DNA from: Ylistrum balloti
Taxonomy: Eukaryota
Direction of reading: 5' to 3'
Assembly: GCF_031769215.1 (NCBI RefSeq)
Contig: NW_026781893.1
Location: forward strand, 744,001-808,000
Length of the DNA stretch: 64,000 nucleotides
Below, in pieces: positions 13,445 to 27,087 of this stretch. The position numbers were made by a program, and so were the translations under genes. Under the pieces are notes generated by a model. The model was not told the origin of the DNA and made no database searches. It worked only from the letters and a program-made list of their open reading frames with translations. Position 1 is the stretch's first letter. Every line of letters begins with the position of its first letter.

Positions 13445-16400
13445 TTACAAGTCCTCTGTGTGTGTATGGGTTTGAGAGATGCCATCTTTCTCACTGTTTT
13501 GTATTAAGTGAACATAGAAGTTGATAGCTTGTTCAAAATTTCTAGTCGATATGCGTTCGTTGTTGCCATGGAATCTTTTCAGATCTTCTGGATACATAAC
13601 GCTAGGGCTGAATCTGTAGATGTTACGTGTGAGTCGAGTGTAGTATTTGGTGTCCGTGTTTCCTATCATTACTCCTGAAATGTCAACAGACTGACTGAAA
13701 TAACAAGTACATTCCCTCATCTTCCAATACTTCTTATCCATAATGCACTGCAAACTGCTGCCTAATGTTCAAATCATGTATAATATAATGATATCAGTAG
13801 TCTGTTATTCATCCAAACTGGCCTCCACCATAACAAGGTAAAAACAAGTACATCAGTATCTCTATATGGCCAAGAGTTAATTTGACCCTTCAACCTGAAG
13901 ACTTCCAAAAACATACAACACCACACCAAGGTATAGCTCGATCAATAAATTTGTTTTTAAGGGTGGATATGTTGTATACAATCTATATACTTAAATTCAC
14001 CTTGGTCGTCAATTATACTTCATTCTATAATCAGGCAGAGAAAGATACTACATCATACCACAGCATAAATAACTAAACCTGGTGAAGAAGTTAACGGGAT
14101 ATCTTATACACTAACTTTCACCATAGAGGGTCTAAGCCAAATGAACGGATATTACTAGAAAAATACTTCCCATCTACCAAGTAAAGTGTATATATCTACA
14201 ACGTACACAGTTGATGATTTCCTAATACATAATATAAGTTCCATCCAACAAAAGGAAACAGTGATTCGGAGGAAGTTAGTAAAAATGAAATTAAAAACAA
14301 ACGTGAACAACATGCACATGCAAATTATTGTTAACATTTTAAATATATTTCTCACTTAATGAAGCACTGGTATTTAGCTTACTGAATGTATTTAAAATGT
14401 TATTTATACTAAATATCAAGTTCAATGTTATTACATTGAAATGAGATCCTTTTGATGGTAAACTTGAACATTTTAAATGATACATGTATAACGTTTTTAT
14501 ATCATGTATCAATTTTAACTGTACTTTATCACATTTCTCAAAAAGATATTGAAATTCATCATTTTAGGTTTATGACCAGAAAGGTAATGTATCCTTAGTT
14601 TACTTAAAATACCTTACCTGGAGCCACAGCGGCCTCTGTCCAGACTTGTCTGATGCTGGACTTTACCATCTGGAAGCCAAAGTCATAGTCCCCGTAGGGC
14701 GACATAGGGAGGGGCTCCATCGATGACTCAACAGTGATCTTGACACGGTCATCTCCAATTAACTGCCGGTCAAAATCTATCACCTAAAAAAAATCAATCT
14801 TAATTTTACATCATATATTGCTTATTTGCTTAAAAAAATAATCAGTATATTTAGAATATCTTTCTCAAGGTCACATATATTGTCTATGTATCTGATAATA
14901 AAAGTACAGATTAAAAATTTTAGTCACACATTTGGCACAAAAAGTATAATGTTATATTTAATCTTCAAAAGTCTTGAATGATGCACATCAAACATAAGCT
15001 TACCTGCTGTATTGACTGAGCAGGATGGAGTCGGTGATTAACATAAGCCGTCACCTCAGGAGGTAATACATTTACCTGGAAAACAGTGAACATGATCTTC
15101 TTAGCCGGTACATTTTGTACCAGAATATCAAATCATCAAACAATGCTAGCTTCATGTTCTAAAGGTTGAGTATATAAATGTATCATGATTACCATCAATG
15201 ACAGACTTCATATTCACAGCCAGTGATACTGATATTTAACCTTTACACTCATATTTACGTGTAATATTACCTTCACACCTCCATTTATCATGGTGACTGA
15301 CGTAACCGTGCGGACAATGGCATTAGTGGAAGGCTTCTTTGACAAAAACCTTTAAAGTAAACAAAATCTAGGGTACAACTTCCAAAACAGCAATAATTAG
15401 GCTACCTTAGCCAGACCAAGAATACAGAAAGGTCTGATTATCAATCAACCAGCTAATAGATACAAACACATATCATCAACCAATCAGATATTAGTTACAA
15501 ACAAATTTCATCAACCAACCAGATATTAGTAACAAACAAATTTCATCAACCAATCAGATATTAGTAACAAACACATATCATCAACCAATCAGATATTAGT
15601 TACAAACACATGTCATCAACCAACCAGATATTAGTTACAAACAAATTTAATCCACCAATCAGATATTAGTTACAAACAAATATTATCAACCAACCAGATA
15701 TTAGTTACAAACAAATATTATCAACCAACCAGATATTAGTTACAAACAAATATTATCAACCAATCATATATTAGTTACAAACAAATATCATCAACTAACC
15801 AGATATTAGTTACAAACAAATAGTGTATTTCATGTATACTGAATGAACAACATCAGAGGTCAATTCAAAGAATGAAAAGTTATAACAACAAAATGGTGTA
15901 CTTAACAAAATATTACATACAACAATTACAGATGAAAAGATTTTATAAGTCTTTATTCATACATGTATATCTGATATATTGCAAAAAGCCATGAATTAGG
16001 AAATATTTGGCATAACAAATAAAATTATTCAAGCAATCAAGCAGATCAGTGTCACTCTTTAATAATTTAAGTTAAAATGCCAACAAGGCCAATTAATGCA
16101 TTGAAATTAATCTTAGGATGTACAGACAATTTAAATGGCCTTCCACTCCTTATTACACACTAACTTCAAATGAATGTGTGCACTATACGAGATCCTACAC
16201 ATGCTGCCTTAAGACGTGATCAGTAATAGTGAAATCAGACCATATATTTAGGTAGTAAATAAGCTCTGTGTTCTAGTATACTTACCATGATATGATGGGT
16301 TTAAACAGCCACAAATTTGACATCACTACCCGAAATGGCCACTTCATCTATAAATACAATATTTTATCACTGAGAATACCAGTAACTCTGGCTCACAGTT

Positions 16401-19400
16401 TCATTACCTTGAATACACAGTTTAAATCGATGTGATTTGATTCAGGGAATCTTTCATAATGCAAATTATTACAGTATATTTTAATTCTGTTGCATATAAT
16501 CCACTCTTACAGTTGCTTTTCCGCAGTTCAAATTTTTCAGTTTTATCAAAAGCTTAAAGTCTACGAAAAGCATTTTCATGGAATATTGTTTATTTTTTCA
16601 TCTATTGATTTTCATATCATTTTGTTTGCTTGTTTTTGTTTTTATTCCATCCTCAAAATTTAGAACCCGTAAGATTTAACAACTTTTACAGTATTGAAAT
16701 ATTATGCCTATTTACACTATACTTAGAAATCTGAAGTCATTTTGACTTTGAAGTCAACTGTTCCTTCAATGTAAGTATCTCAAAACAAGAGGCCTAATGG
16801 GCCTATAGCACTCACGTCTTATTGTGACATGTTATTGTATATTTGTTTCCTGATAAAATGGACAGATTTGACAAATTAATTGTTACTTCTCTGACTCATA
16901 TCATATTTTATATTCATGTATACTTAGACATTCAGGAACACCAACATGTGAAGCAAGATGCTGGAAAGTGTCTATCTCAGGTCCTTGTCCAAACATGCTG
17001 GGATGGCAGTCTGTTGTCAGTCTGTAAATCATACCTGGACATATGAAATTTCAGCAATTTCATTCCATCAAATATTGGTCTGTAAGACTGCAAGAACTAA
17101 ATAGGTGTTATACTCTACAAGAGAGAGTGACATGCTGCATGGTGACAGACAGGATAAGACACAGCAAAAACATAACAGGAGTTGAACAGACAGGTTGCTT
17201 TGAGAATCAAATGTTTAATCAAAAGGCATGAAATAATACATTATTGATCAACTTTCTCCACTTTACAATAACATTTGTTCACATCCAGTAAGACATAAGA
17301 GAGAGTACTACAACTATGAAATTCATATTTTAATGACTAGATATGGCACTAACCATGAAGAGCTACTATCATGGTTCTATATGGAGCCTACACTATTTAA
17401 AGTAATATCTAAATGTTTGCATTTCCTCTTGTGATAAGACTCGAAAATCAAAAGAAACATCTATATATAAGAGGGACAGGAATAACATGTAGACTATTAA
17501 ATATAGTGACTTTGAATATATGTGTTAATAAGAAAACAGCTTCCCAAGGAAGTCTAATTTACTTTTGCTAGAATAACATTTCCCTACACAACAGTACTAC
17601 TGAAGTGGGTATGCTGGTTTTCAGAAACCAATCAATCTACATTCAACACATCAGTAATGTTGAAGTCCAGAGAACTGTACCAGCTAGCATCCAAAGTTCA
17701 TATGACTGGCATTTAACAAACCAATCAAACCCTGTGTCTTACTTTGAAATAGCATTAGCCATTATTCCAATGCTTGTTTCCTTAGTGGGCATGGAGGAAT
17801 GACCTGTGTCCCATTTGACGTTTAACTTCAGGGTCAGATAGCCTTTCTCTGCCGTACCTATCCTGTGGAAGATACAATGTACATGATACATACTAGTTAC
17901 AGGTCATCCCAGTATTACAAATTAAATACTGTGGTTCAATTCTTCTGTTTCCCATTGAAGTATATGAATTATGCGACAATCAGCCAAAATGTGGTGGTAA
18001 GCCCTCACAAATCTCTTTAAAATTCAGTAGCAATGAGCCGCAAAATGTGATTCCATTGTCCTGAAATCACGCGCCAGCCTGCTTGAGTCAAAGGATAAGT
18101 GTTGGCTTTTCAGCCTTACTCAGATAGTGACAGTCCTTGAATCCATCTTTCCAGTAACATGGATATCAATAAATATTTTAACAATCAAGAGTACATATGA
18201 CAACATGTGTAGAGGGTATTTCACATCAGAAATACTTACAGTGCCACAGGTCTATCTATCCCTGGTATAACATTGTTTACAATGGTCAGTCCTTCATCCA
18301 CTAGAAACTCCAGCTTGCGAATACCTCGTGACCACAGCAGGTTACTGATAGATCGAGCACCATCTAAACCTGTTACCTGTTCACAAACATAATCATGTAA
18401 GATGGAAAACTTCACCATTTGCACCATTTGTTACTGTATGTTTCTTGATATTAGCTGATCATATTTAATACATCATATTAAGATCCAGATGTTTTAAATT
18501 ATGGAGATAAGCAAATAAGACAGTAAAACTATCTCCAAACTCTGTCGATACTTTGTTATTTATATCTTAAGTGATGAAATTGAACTGCTCATACAGTTGG
18601 TAAATTTATTTTTAAGTCATTAAGACACATGGGACAAGCTTTCAGCATCAAATATTCTACTATCCAATGTTTGATAATTGTCAACTTTTGCTTTTGTAGT
18701 GTTGCAGTATTTCTCAGGATATTTCCTGAACAAGATGATGTACCACTTGATGGATAGAGTGTGACCCATCAGTCGCAGTATGCCTAGGCAACAAAAAAAC
18801 CTAAAACAACACAGAACTTCTTATATGGCAGAAAAAAAGCCAATGATTCTTCCTTTCATTCACCTCTTAATAAAAATTTTTAAAAAATCCTGACCTCCAC
18901 TACCTTAACTTTATAACTAGGTATATCTCATTTCATGTTCCAGTTAGAGGTATTGACTCCCAGAAAACATTTCAACTTACTTGTTTTCTCAAGCTCAAAG
19001 TTAAGTTCCTTTAGTATTTGTAGCATGCGACTCCACGAGTTAAAGCTAAACAGGTATATCATCCTCCATTATTTTTTTTTATCCTATCTCCTGTACATAT
19101 AATTACACTAAAACTAAATAAACTATTTTCTCCTCAGATTTATTGGCTTCTTAATGTCCAGAACCTAGGAATATCCTTTCTTATTTCTACCACAGACTTA
19201 ATTACCTCCTCATCATGCCCAAAGCCAATGTAGAATGACCGCTGTGGTTTGAACCCTCTAGATAACAGGTGCTCCAACGCCTCCAAAACTCCCTGTAAAG
19301 AAAACAAAATCATTCACCAGCACATAAATACATTAGCAAGTCATCTTTAACAATCCCTTTACTTTGTCTTGTATGGACCTCAACAGTATGTACATAGAAT

Positions 19401-21738
19401 AAGTTACAGTCTGCATGAATGATAGTGACAAACATATCTTTTCATTATAATTTGTATAGCTAGTATTGAAGTATTACAGTTGTATATATAATGATCACTT
19501 GCAGTATATTTAAATGTTAAATTTATCTTTAGTTTTAGTACATACATTGTATATGTTAACCAAGTCCGCACAAGTTTAGGGGCATTGGCATATTACAACC
19601 AGTTACCATCACAATCTAATATACTGTCGCTACCTAGATATCTACTCATGGTTCAGTTTTCTAAAATAATGGTATAATGTAATATACTATTACTTATCAA
19701 AAAGAATGTTTTCCGTCATTTATCTACCATCCCTTTTATTCTGTTAGGTTTCCAATTTCTAATGACAGTCTACAGCCTGCTGTATTAGAGAACATCATAT
19801 TCTATTTTATACTTCTATGTACAGGTAAAATCCGGAGAATTTTTACACCCATTTTACTCAATTTGTATCATGTATTTCCATTGGTTGACATCTAGTATAG
19901 ATAATTGGCAATATAATTTCACTTAATCCTCTCCCAAAACGGTTGTTCTCTTGTGACATAGGCATTACTCCGACATTTTTACATCCACTATAATAATGGA
20001 ATCTACTGCAGAAGTAACTCCTTAGATTTATAACTTCATATCATTTCTAGTCTCCAATATTCACCAATATTCTCCAACATGTCAACCTGATCAACATTAG
20101 TATAAGGAGACTGGTTGTCTAAATAAGTTCAGTAAGATTAAAAACATGTCTATTGTATTTTGTGAGTAATCTTCAGTATTACTGGTGTTCTTGTGAATAC
20201 TCGGTTAATCTAAACAGTGTTTATCTACTATTAACCGGAAATTGTCAATAATCAGGAATAAAGTCCAATATATTTCTTTTGGGGTCTGTTGCTGTGGCAA
20301 GGTGTATCTGGGAGCAATTTATTACACCATATGAGATAGGTGTGAAAATTGTACACATAATAGATATTGTCTGTTTTGTTGTATTATTAAATGTTCTAAG
20401 TTGAATTTTGACTTTGTGTTGTTGATAACCGTCGAGAAGAGTTCTTTACTAGAACAGAGAATCAAGTGTACCAGATGAACCCAACAAACATCATATTTAT
20501 CAATAAACTGAATAATTAGCTGTGTTACAGCCTAGCTGTATGCAAATAAATATTTCTCTATTTATTCCGGACCAAAGAAAGAAAATGATTTTCAACTTGC
20601 CAAAAATTTGCTACTGAAGGAGTATAGCAGCATACTTACCATAACAATGTGTTTGTCATCGATTGTTCCCCTAGCATAGATAAAACCATCATGGATCTCT
20701 GCCCCAAATGGAGGATGGTCCCACAAGCTAGGGTCAGCTGGTACAACATCAAGATGTCCTGTTATCATGTATGGGGTGAGGCTGGAGTTCTCTCCCCTGA
20801 CAGTATATAACAAACTGTGGTTTGCTACATCTTCACAAGTAACAAACGATGAGGAGTGAATATTTGGATAGGCTACAAAATGACATATGAGAATCTCATC
20901 AGATGGTATTTTCAAGAAAGTGATTGCAACAATAATATATTAGCTATATGATTTTTCTTAAAGGTACATGAGGAAATCACATTAAAAACTGAACAGTCCA
21001 TGTATGATGTATGTTTTATTTGAATACTGAATACTGGTATATTCAAATTTACAGACTCAAAAGCTCTACTTTTGTGTATCAAGTGGTTTTGTTGGAGCTA
21101 AAATCACTGGGATGTGGTCCAGGGGAGATAATTTTGTACCAGATAAAGTCTAAATGCTAATTCAAAGACCAATGTATATGTAATTAGCTTACATGTTTAT
21201 ATCTAGCTGGCATGTATGTTGTTAAACATGTGCATGGGTGTCATGTTTATCTCCCCTAGCCATTCGGCTTGTTACTCTCGAAAATATTTCAGTGTGTTGT
21301 CATGGTGACGTGCAACGCTGTTCAGATTAAGCATTAGTGTAACCAGTAATCCTGCTTCCTACTGTTTACAATTGCACTTCCACTTTCAGTATGGTTTATA
21401 GTATGCAACAGATAGCTGACAGAAGGACTTAAGTTTATATTTCCGGTATTTCAAAATGTCTATGGTCAATTACCCGATTTAATAAACGACGTTAACTTCT
21501 GGAGTTCTTCTTCGTCGTATACGTGTGGACTTGTGGCTACAGTCCGCATCCTCAACGATCGCCGAAATCTTTCTACTACCGCAGGCGTTGCCTGCACAAA
21601 GTCCTCATCACTTTTGGCACAAGGTGTCACGTCGTCTGTCCGCACCGAAAATGTCAATGTTCTTAAAACAATCACAGTTATAACTACACTTAGGACAACA
21701 GAAAATAAAGATAGAATACTTTTCAATAAGTGTTGCAT
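13445..21738 (-). CDS. PM20D1: PM20D1: N-fatty-acyl-amino acid synthase/hydrolase, M20 metallopeptidase, 508 aa
   Basis: Exons (minus strand): 21738-21474, 20872-20640, 19292-19206, 18376-18240, 17862-17743, 17021-16946, 16347-16286, 15349-15271, 15075-15004, 14783-14618, 13674-13445. All introns are GT-AG with consistent phases; total 1527 nt. N-terminal signal anchor. M20 motifs [33 protein letters not shown] and RFHGNNE are present. Confidence 0.95.
15440..15822. repeat. 34-35 bp minisatellite, about 11 copies, PM20D1 intron 7
   Basis: Unit CAACCAATCAGATATTAGTTACAAACAAATATCAT. Confidence 0.95.
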
Positions 21739-23169
21739 CGTGAATGATAACGGGTACTACATGGAGGCCATTAACTCCAGATTGTCACCTTAGTGCGATT
21801 CTAAACTGCTTGAAAGTGGTACCGGATGACGGATCCGGAACGATTTAGAAAGTGCATGTGTAATACGACTCTTTGAACTGGATTGATTCTGTTTAACTTT
21901 CTATCATCAAAATCAAGTAAGGGTTTAAAACGATATTGGATGATAAGATTTACTATCGTCAGGGGTAGTCATTTGTTGGATTTCGGTCGAAGGGAGATAA
22001 CTAAAACTGATTAACAGAGCAGATCGCAAAAAATACTTGAGTTTCCATACTAAGAGGGTTACAAAACGCATCCATCCTCAAAGTTTTGATAACTCTGAGA
22101 TATTTCAGGGTACACTAAAGCATATCTGAAGATGATATTCTTTTCCTCAATTGTAAAATGCAAAAGGTCCTAGGGGCCTGTAATCCACTTTTTTACATTG
22201 CATATTTTTCTCTCAGACTTGTTAAAGACATTCGATACATCATTTCCACTCAATAATTATCATTTTGGGTCGATAGCTGAGTAAAACATCCCTACCAGCA
22301 TCTGTGTAGCTTTATGATATACCGAGACACACAGTCCTCCAATATAATAAAGGTATACTTATATGAAGGAGGAGTATTGTCTATTCCCTTCCATTCTGAG
22401 GCAAAGGACAACGTAATTGTTCTATATCTAATTTTATATTGATATACTTTTGCTTGCTAATATATAACATAAAATATTCTCTTCAGTGCACTTCATTTGA
22501 GACACAATCGACATCTAATGATAATACAAGTATTAAGTAGAAGTACTTATTGCATTCGTTTCCAACAAGCCAGACTCAGTTATGGTGTCATTTGTTTATA
22601 AACGACAACACGCAGCTTCAGATGAATACATGTTGTTCAAACTTCTTTTCCTATAAATGTACAGGTCTTGTATGCATTTGTGAGAGGTAACCAAGCTAGT
22701 ACATGTCACTTGCGGTGTGGCATCACATACCCATTGTTCAAGTTTTTTACCTGTTGTAGGGTCATTGTTGTCCGTTTTGAACGTAATCAAAACATTTTAT
22801 TTGGTCTGGGATTGTAACGAGAACGTGTTAGTCCTTGGATGAGGCCATCAGCGTGCTGGTATTCCCATACATGGAAATCAACATCATCGGTCAGATTTCT
22901 GCAATGTATCACCAGGTTTGCTTCATTTGATAGGTGCCACATGTGGCGGTGTCTTGGTATCCCATACCAGAGGCGGTCAGCCTAATCCAACTTCTCCTCT
23001 GATCATTAAGAGCTCTGCCCAGGAATTCTCCATTGAGAATACCATACCGAAATTCTTCTTACTAGTTGGCAATCTTTTGTGTCACAGGCGACAGATGGGT
23101 TGTATAAATGATTCGGAGATGGATGCCTTTACTTATAAAGTCTCCACTGTTTATCGTGGTAATTTCTTG

Positions 23170-24020
23170 GACCCAGCTTTTTTTTTTTTTTTTTTTGTGT
23201 ATTGTCTGTTTATTGTTTCCACATCATGATGTGACTAACCTAATTACAAGTATGAAGGCATGTTAGATTCCAAACCAGATAATATGATAAGGTCAAGAAC
23301 ATCCCCGTCTTTTAACAATACTTGTAACTTTCAGGTTTCCATGACATTTTTTAAAAGCTTTCATATCCATAAAGTGACCTATTTTGTCAAGAACATAACC
23401 CTCTGAAAGGAAGCAACTCATCGCATTTAAATATTGTCAGTTCTTGTTCGCAATAGGATAACATTTACTTTTCCTGCACTATCCTTTTCTGGACGTATCT
23501 ATACGTGTCATCAAACATAAATGAAACTTTCTTTCGAAGGACTAATAGGATTTTTATGAAATTTGGCTTAGTAATCCTTTGGCCAAGTTCAATCGATTTC
23601 CGTACATATTTAATGAGGCTGCTGTGACCTGATTGACCTTATCACTCTATGGGAAATCTTTCTGCATATTATCTTATGAAGGTATGATAAGATTGTTTTA
23701 GGAAACTTGCTTTGTAGACTTATTACCCAATTTCCTTTTTCAGGTTCGATTATAGGCAAATTCTATGGGTATTTCTTGTGACCTGATTGGCGGATATCTT
23801 TCGGCACTACTGAATGTTTTCCTCAAGTTATCTTTTGAAGGAACAAATGAATTATGACGAGACCCGCTTCGTAGACTTGTTACCTTAACCCTTTGTTCAT
23901 GTTTGATTATCGGCAAATTCTGTGCGTATTTAATGAGACTGCTGTGACCTGATTGGCTGATATCTTTCCCAATTTTAAATGAACATTGGCAGGGGATCTT
24001 GATGACTATGTTCTTGTGTA
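23170..24020. mobile_element. Helentron-like (HINE-type) element with ~155-165 bp internal repeats
   Basis: GTGACCTGATTG recurs at about 23624, 23778 and 23944. TTATCTT(A/T)TGAAGG and GTAGACTT(A/G)TTACC also recur. Ends with GCAGGGGATCTTGATGACTATGTTCTTG. Boundaries approximate. Confidence 0.55.
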
Positions 24021-25840
24021 TTGATGTATTTTGATCTGTCCCAATATTGCCAATTCACAATTAGGGACCAATGGAATCTACGTATGGAATATGAGAATGT
24101 TCCCTCTAGAAGCTCTCAAGCAATATTATAAGGATTGTTTTGAGTTTTACAAGTGAAAGTCATTTGGTCAATTGTCAGTTTATCAAATATTTCATCCTTT
24201 ACTGGTAAAAGTTTTGACAGATAAAAAACCTTTTATGAAAATTTCTTGAAAGCAGTGTATGTAACTAGTGTATGATGGCAAGTTAATGATTCTTTACCAT
24301 AAAGAAAATAAGAAATGGATAAAAAATAAAAACTTAAGTGTGAAGACTGACAACCCTGGCTCACCCATGTCTTGTTATTTCGTCCCTGTATGGTCTGATG
24401 GATGCTTACACTTTTGTATGTTCTGCCGTTCATGAAGCTCTTGATTCACTAAGTTACCTTATGCTGGAAATGGTTTTTCTGTATTCATGACAAACTTCTG
24501 TTTTATTATAAACAACATTTTATTTTAACTCTACAGATTCAATATTACAACCATGTTTCTCTCTATAATGAATGACCGGGACATATGTTTTACAATGTAA
24601 CATCTTAGTGCTTACTAAAAATGTCATGTCTGTATACATATTAGAATATACTTTTTAATCAAAAATATGTTTTGCTGGGAGGTGTAGAGGCCTTTAGACA
24701 CACTGACATTTGGATACTTAACTTATGTGATATCATCCAAATTGCAGAAATACCTCAGAAATATGGAGTACTGTGCAGCATTCTTCAACATTTAAGTGGT
24801 GAAAAAACTATTGTGATATTTTTTTTAAAAAATGAATGTACATTAAGCATTTGAAAAAAAAGTGCCAAAGCATTATTAATATACATACTCCAAAATTCCA
24901 ACTTAGTATAATGTAATTCGAAAAAAAAAATTAACAATAAATGTATGAAATTATATTTTGATTTTTAAGAAACAATCCAATTCATTCCATTGTTTATCAA
25001 AACAGCAATTAAGTCATTTATTTGAAAATTGTCTTATTCTTAATTTCATTCCTGAATTTTGATGCATTGTTACTTTATCACTTTACTGATTCGAACCTGC
25101 CGAATCAACAATACATGAATATATAGAAAAAAAACAAACATTAAAAAAAACATATATGCAGGTGATACACGAGTGAATTAATATGAAATGGACAAATTCC
25201 TAATGATCATGTGGAAATGAGATATTATGAATTGTCATGAAAATATTCTTTTAGCATGTCTGGACAAGCATTTTGATGTTGTTATTTAAAGGTTAACACT
25301 GGATTCCGATATGTGTATCTACAGCATCCAATGATTGCCAGAACCCGAGTACTCCTTGATTTATTCTGTACCTTAATCTGTTCAAGATAAACACTACACG
25401 TCTCTGACAATGTGTTCACACAGAATGAACATGATCATAGCATCATGGAAGCTGGCTAAAAGGCCATTCCTTCATGTCTACTGAACACTGATTAAACTAG
25501 AATGTACTTTCTATTGTCTTCAGAATCTAAGAGGTCATCAATTTTGTTCTGGACACTAAGCAAACCTGAAATATTTCAATAAAAGTCTAAAAGCTCTCGA
25601 GTTTCTGTAAAAATCAAACACTTTTTATCACATTCAAAACATCTCTTTATAGACAAAGTGACATCTGCTGGTCAAACAATACTTCCATGTCTACTGACAA
25701 AAAATGGCTGAAGACTGTACTCAACAGATCAAAGGGTTTGTTTCTTTATGTCAAAGTTTACAAGTATCTTTATCGGTAAATTTAATTTCCAGTTTTTCTG
25801 TGTTGGGATTCAAGAAATAATGCTTTGTCTGATTTGTTTC

Positions 25841-25932
25841 AATCCAGACCTCCATGATTTCAATTCAGACCTCCATGAATCCAATCCAGACCTCAGTGAA
25901 TCCAATCCAGACCTCCATGAATCCAATCCAGA
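25841..25932. repeat. 21-bp minisatellite, about 4.3 copies
   Basis: Unit AATCCAGACCTCCATGAATCC. Confidence 0.9.
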
Positions 25933-27087
25933 ATTCAGGAAGATTCAGATCAACATCCTTCATACTCAACATATTCGTTGAAATAGAACTACCTCCCAGT
26001 ACAGGTATTTTCAGAGATATCGGAGGACATTTTTACCACATATGATATAACAGGTAAATCAAAACAAGTGGATTTACAATAACTTCCAAACCAGTAACAG
26101 CAGTGCTCAACAGTTTACACACATTAGCAGAAATTATCCACACAATCTTTATCCATTTACGCTGTTCAACTGACATGTGCACATGCAATTAGTTTTACTA
26201 ATGGAAAACAACACAACAAACTTTCATTCTGTAAATCTGTCATTACCTATTCCACTTACTGACTCCTTTAATCCTGCATCAGTCATTGTCTAAATCTCAA
26301 AAATAATCTACACAGTCTTAAATCCATTAATGACATAACATTTAATATTGACAGGTTTATTCGAGTGACTCATGCCTTCAGAGACAACATAAAATGTAAA
26401 AGCAAGAGGCCACATAAATCTTTAATAGCACTACCTTTTATAGTGCTTTCACCATATCTGAATAATTCATTTCTCCAGTAATAAGCTTTAAATTTTCCAA
26501 TCATGCGTCCTCTACTGACAATATAAAATGAAGCATGTTGGCAAACATTATTAAAAAATTAATGGTTTCAACTTTGAATAAAAATCTAGATTTAGTCATC
26601 AGAAAGCTCTAAAAGATTATCTAACCTTGACATATATCTTAACCGTGATTGTTTAGGATAGAAAATTGTCCAAATAAAGACCACTGTTAGTCTATTACTT
26701 TTAGTTATACTATGCAATATTTTAAACTCCAAGTTAATTTGACAATATTCAATAAATATCATAATGGAAAATGATGTCTTGTATAAATCTAAGCTTGTAA
26801 ATAGGATGAACAAAAATTTTTAATTCATTGATAAGAAATACATTTTTGCAGAATTCTAGCCTTAACATTCATTCCATTCAGAAAACATAATTTTTCACAT
26901 TTGTACTGACCAATATCAAACTCTTCTTTGTTCTGAACAACATTTAATTAGCATCATGACATGAACAAATGTTGAAGAAACACACCAGAGCATACATCAA
27001 TGTCAATCATACACAATATCTCCCTCTCTCTGTATTCTCTCAAAAAGTTATAAATAAAATTTGAAAAAAATAATCTAAATCTATGTT

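Noticed and set aside
18590-19070. Exon-like segments in PM20D1 intron 3
   Set aside because: Exons 3 and 4 join in frame with complete homology without them, and the translations do not resemble M20 proteins.
22596-23170. GC-richer stretch with possible retroelement-like peptides
   Set aside because: Multiple stops and no motif I could assign with confidence.
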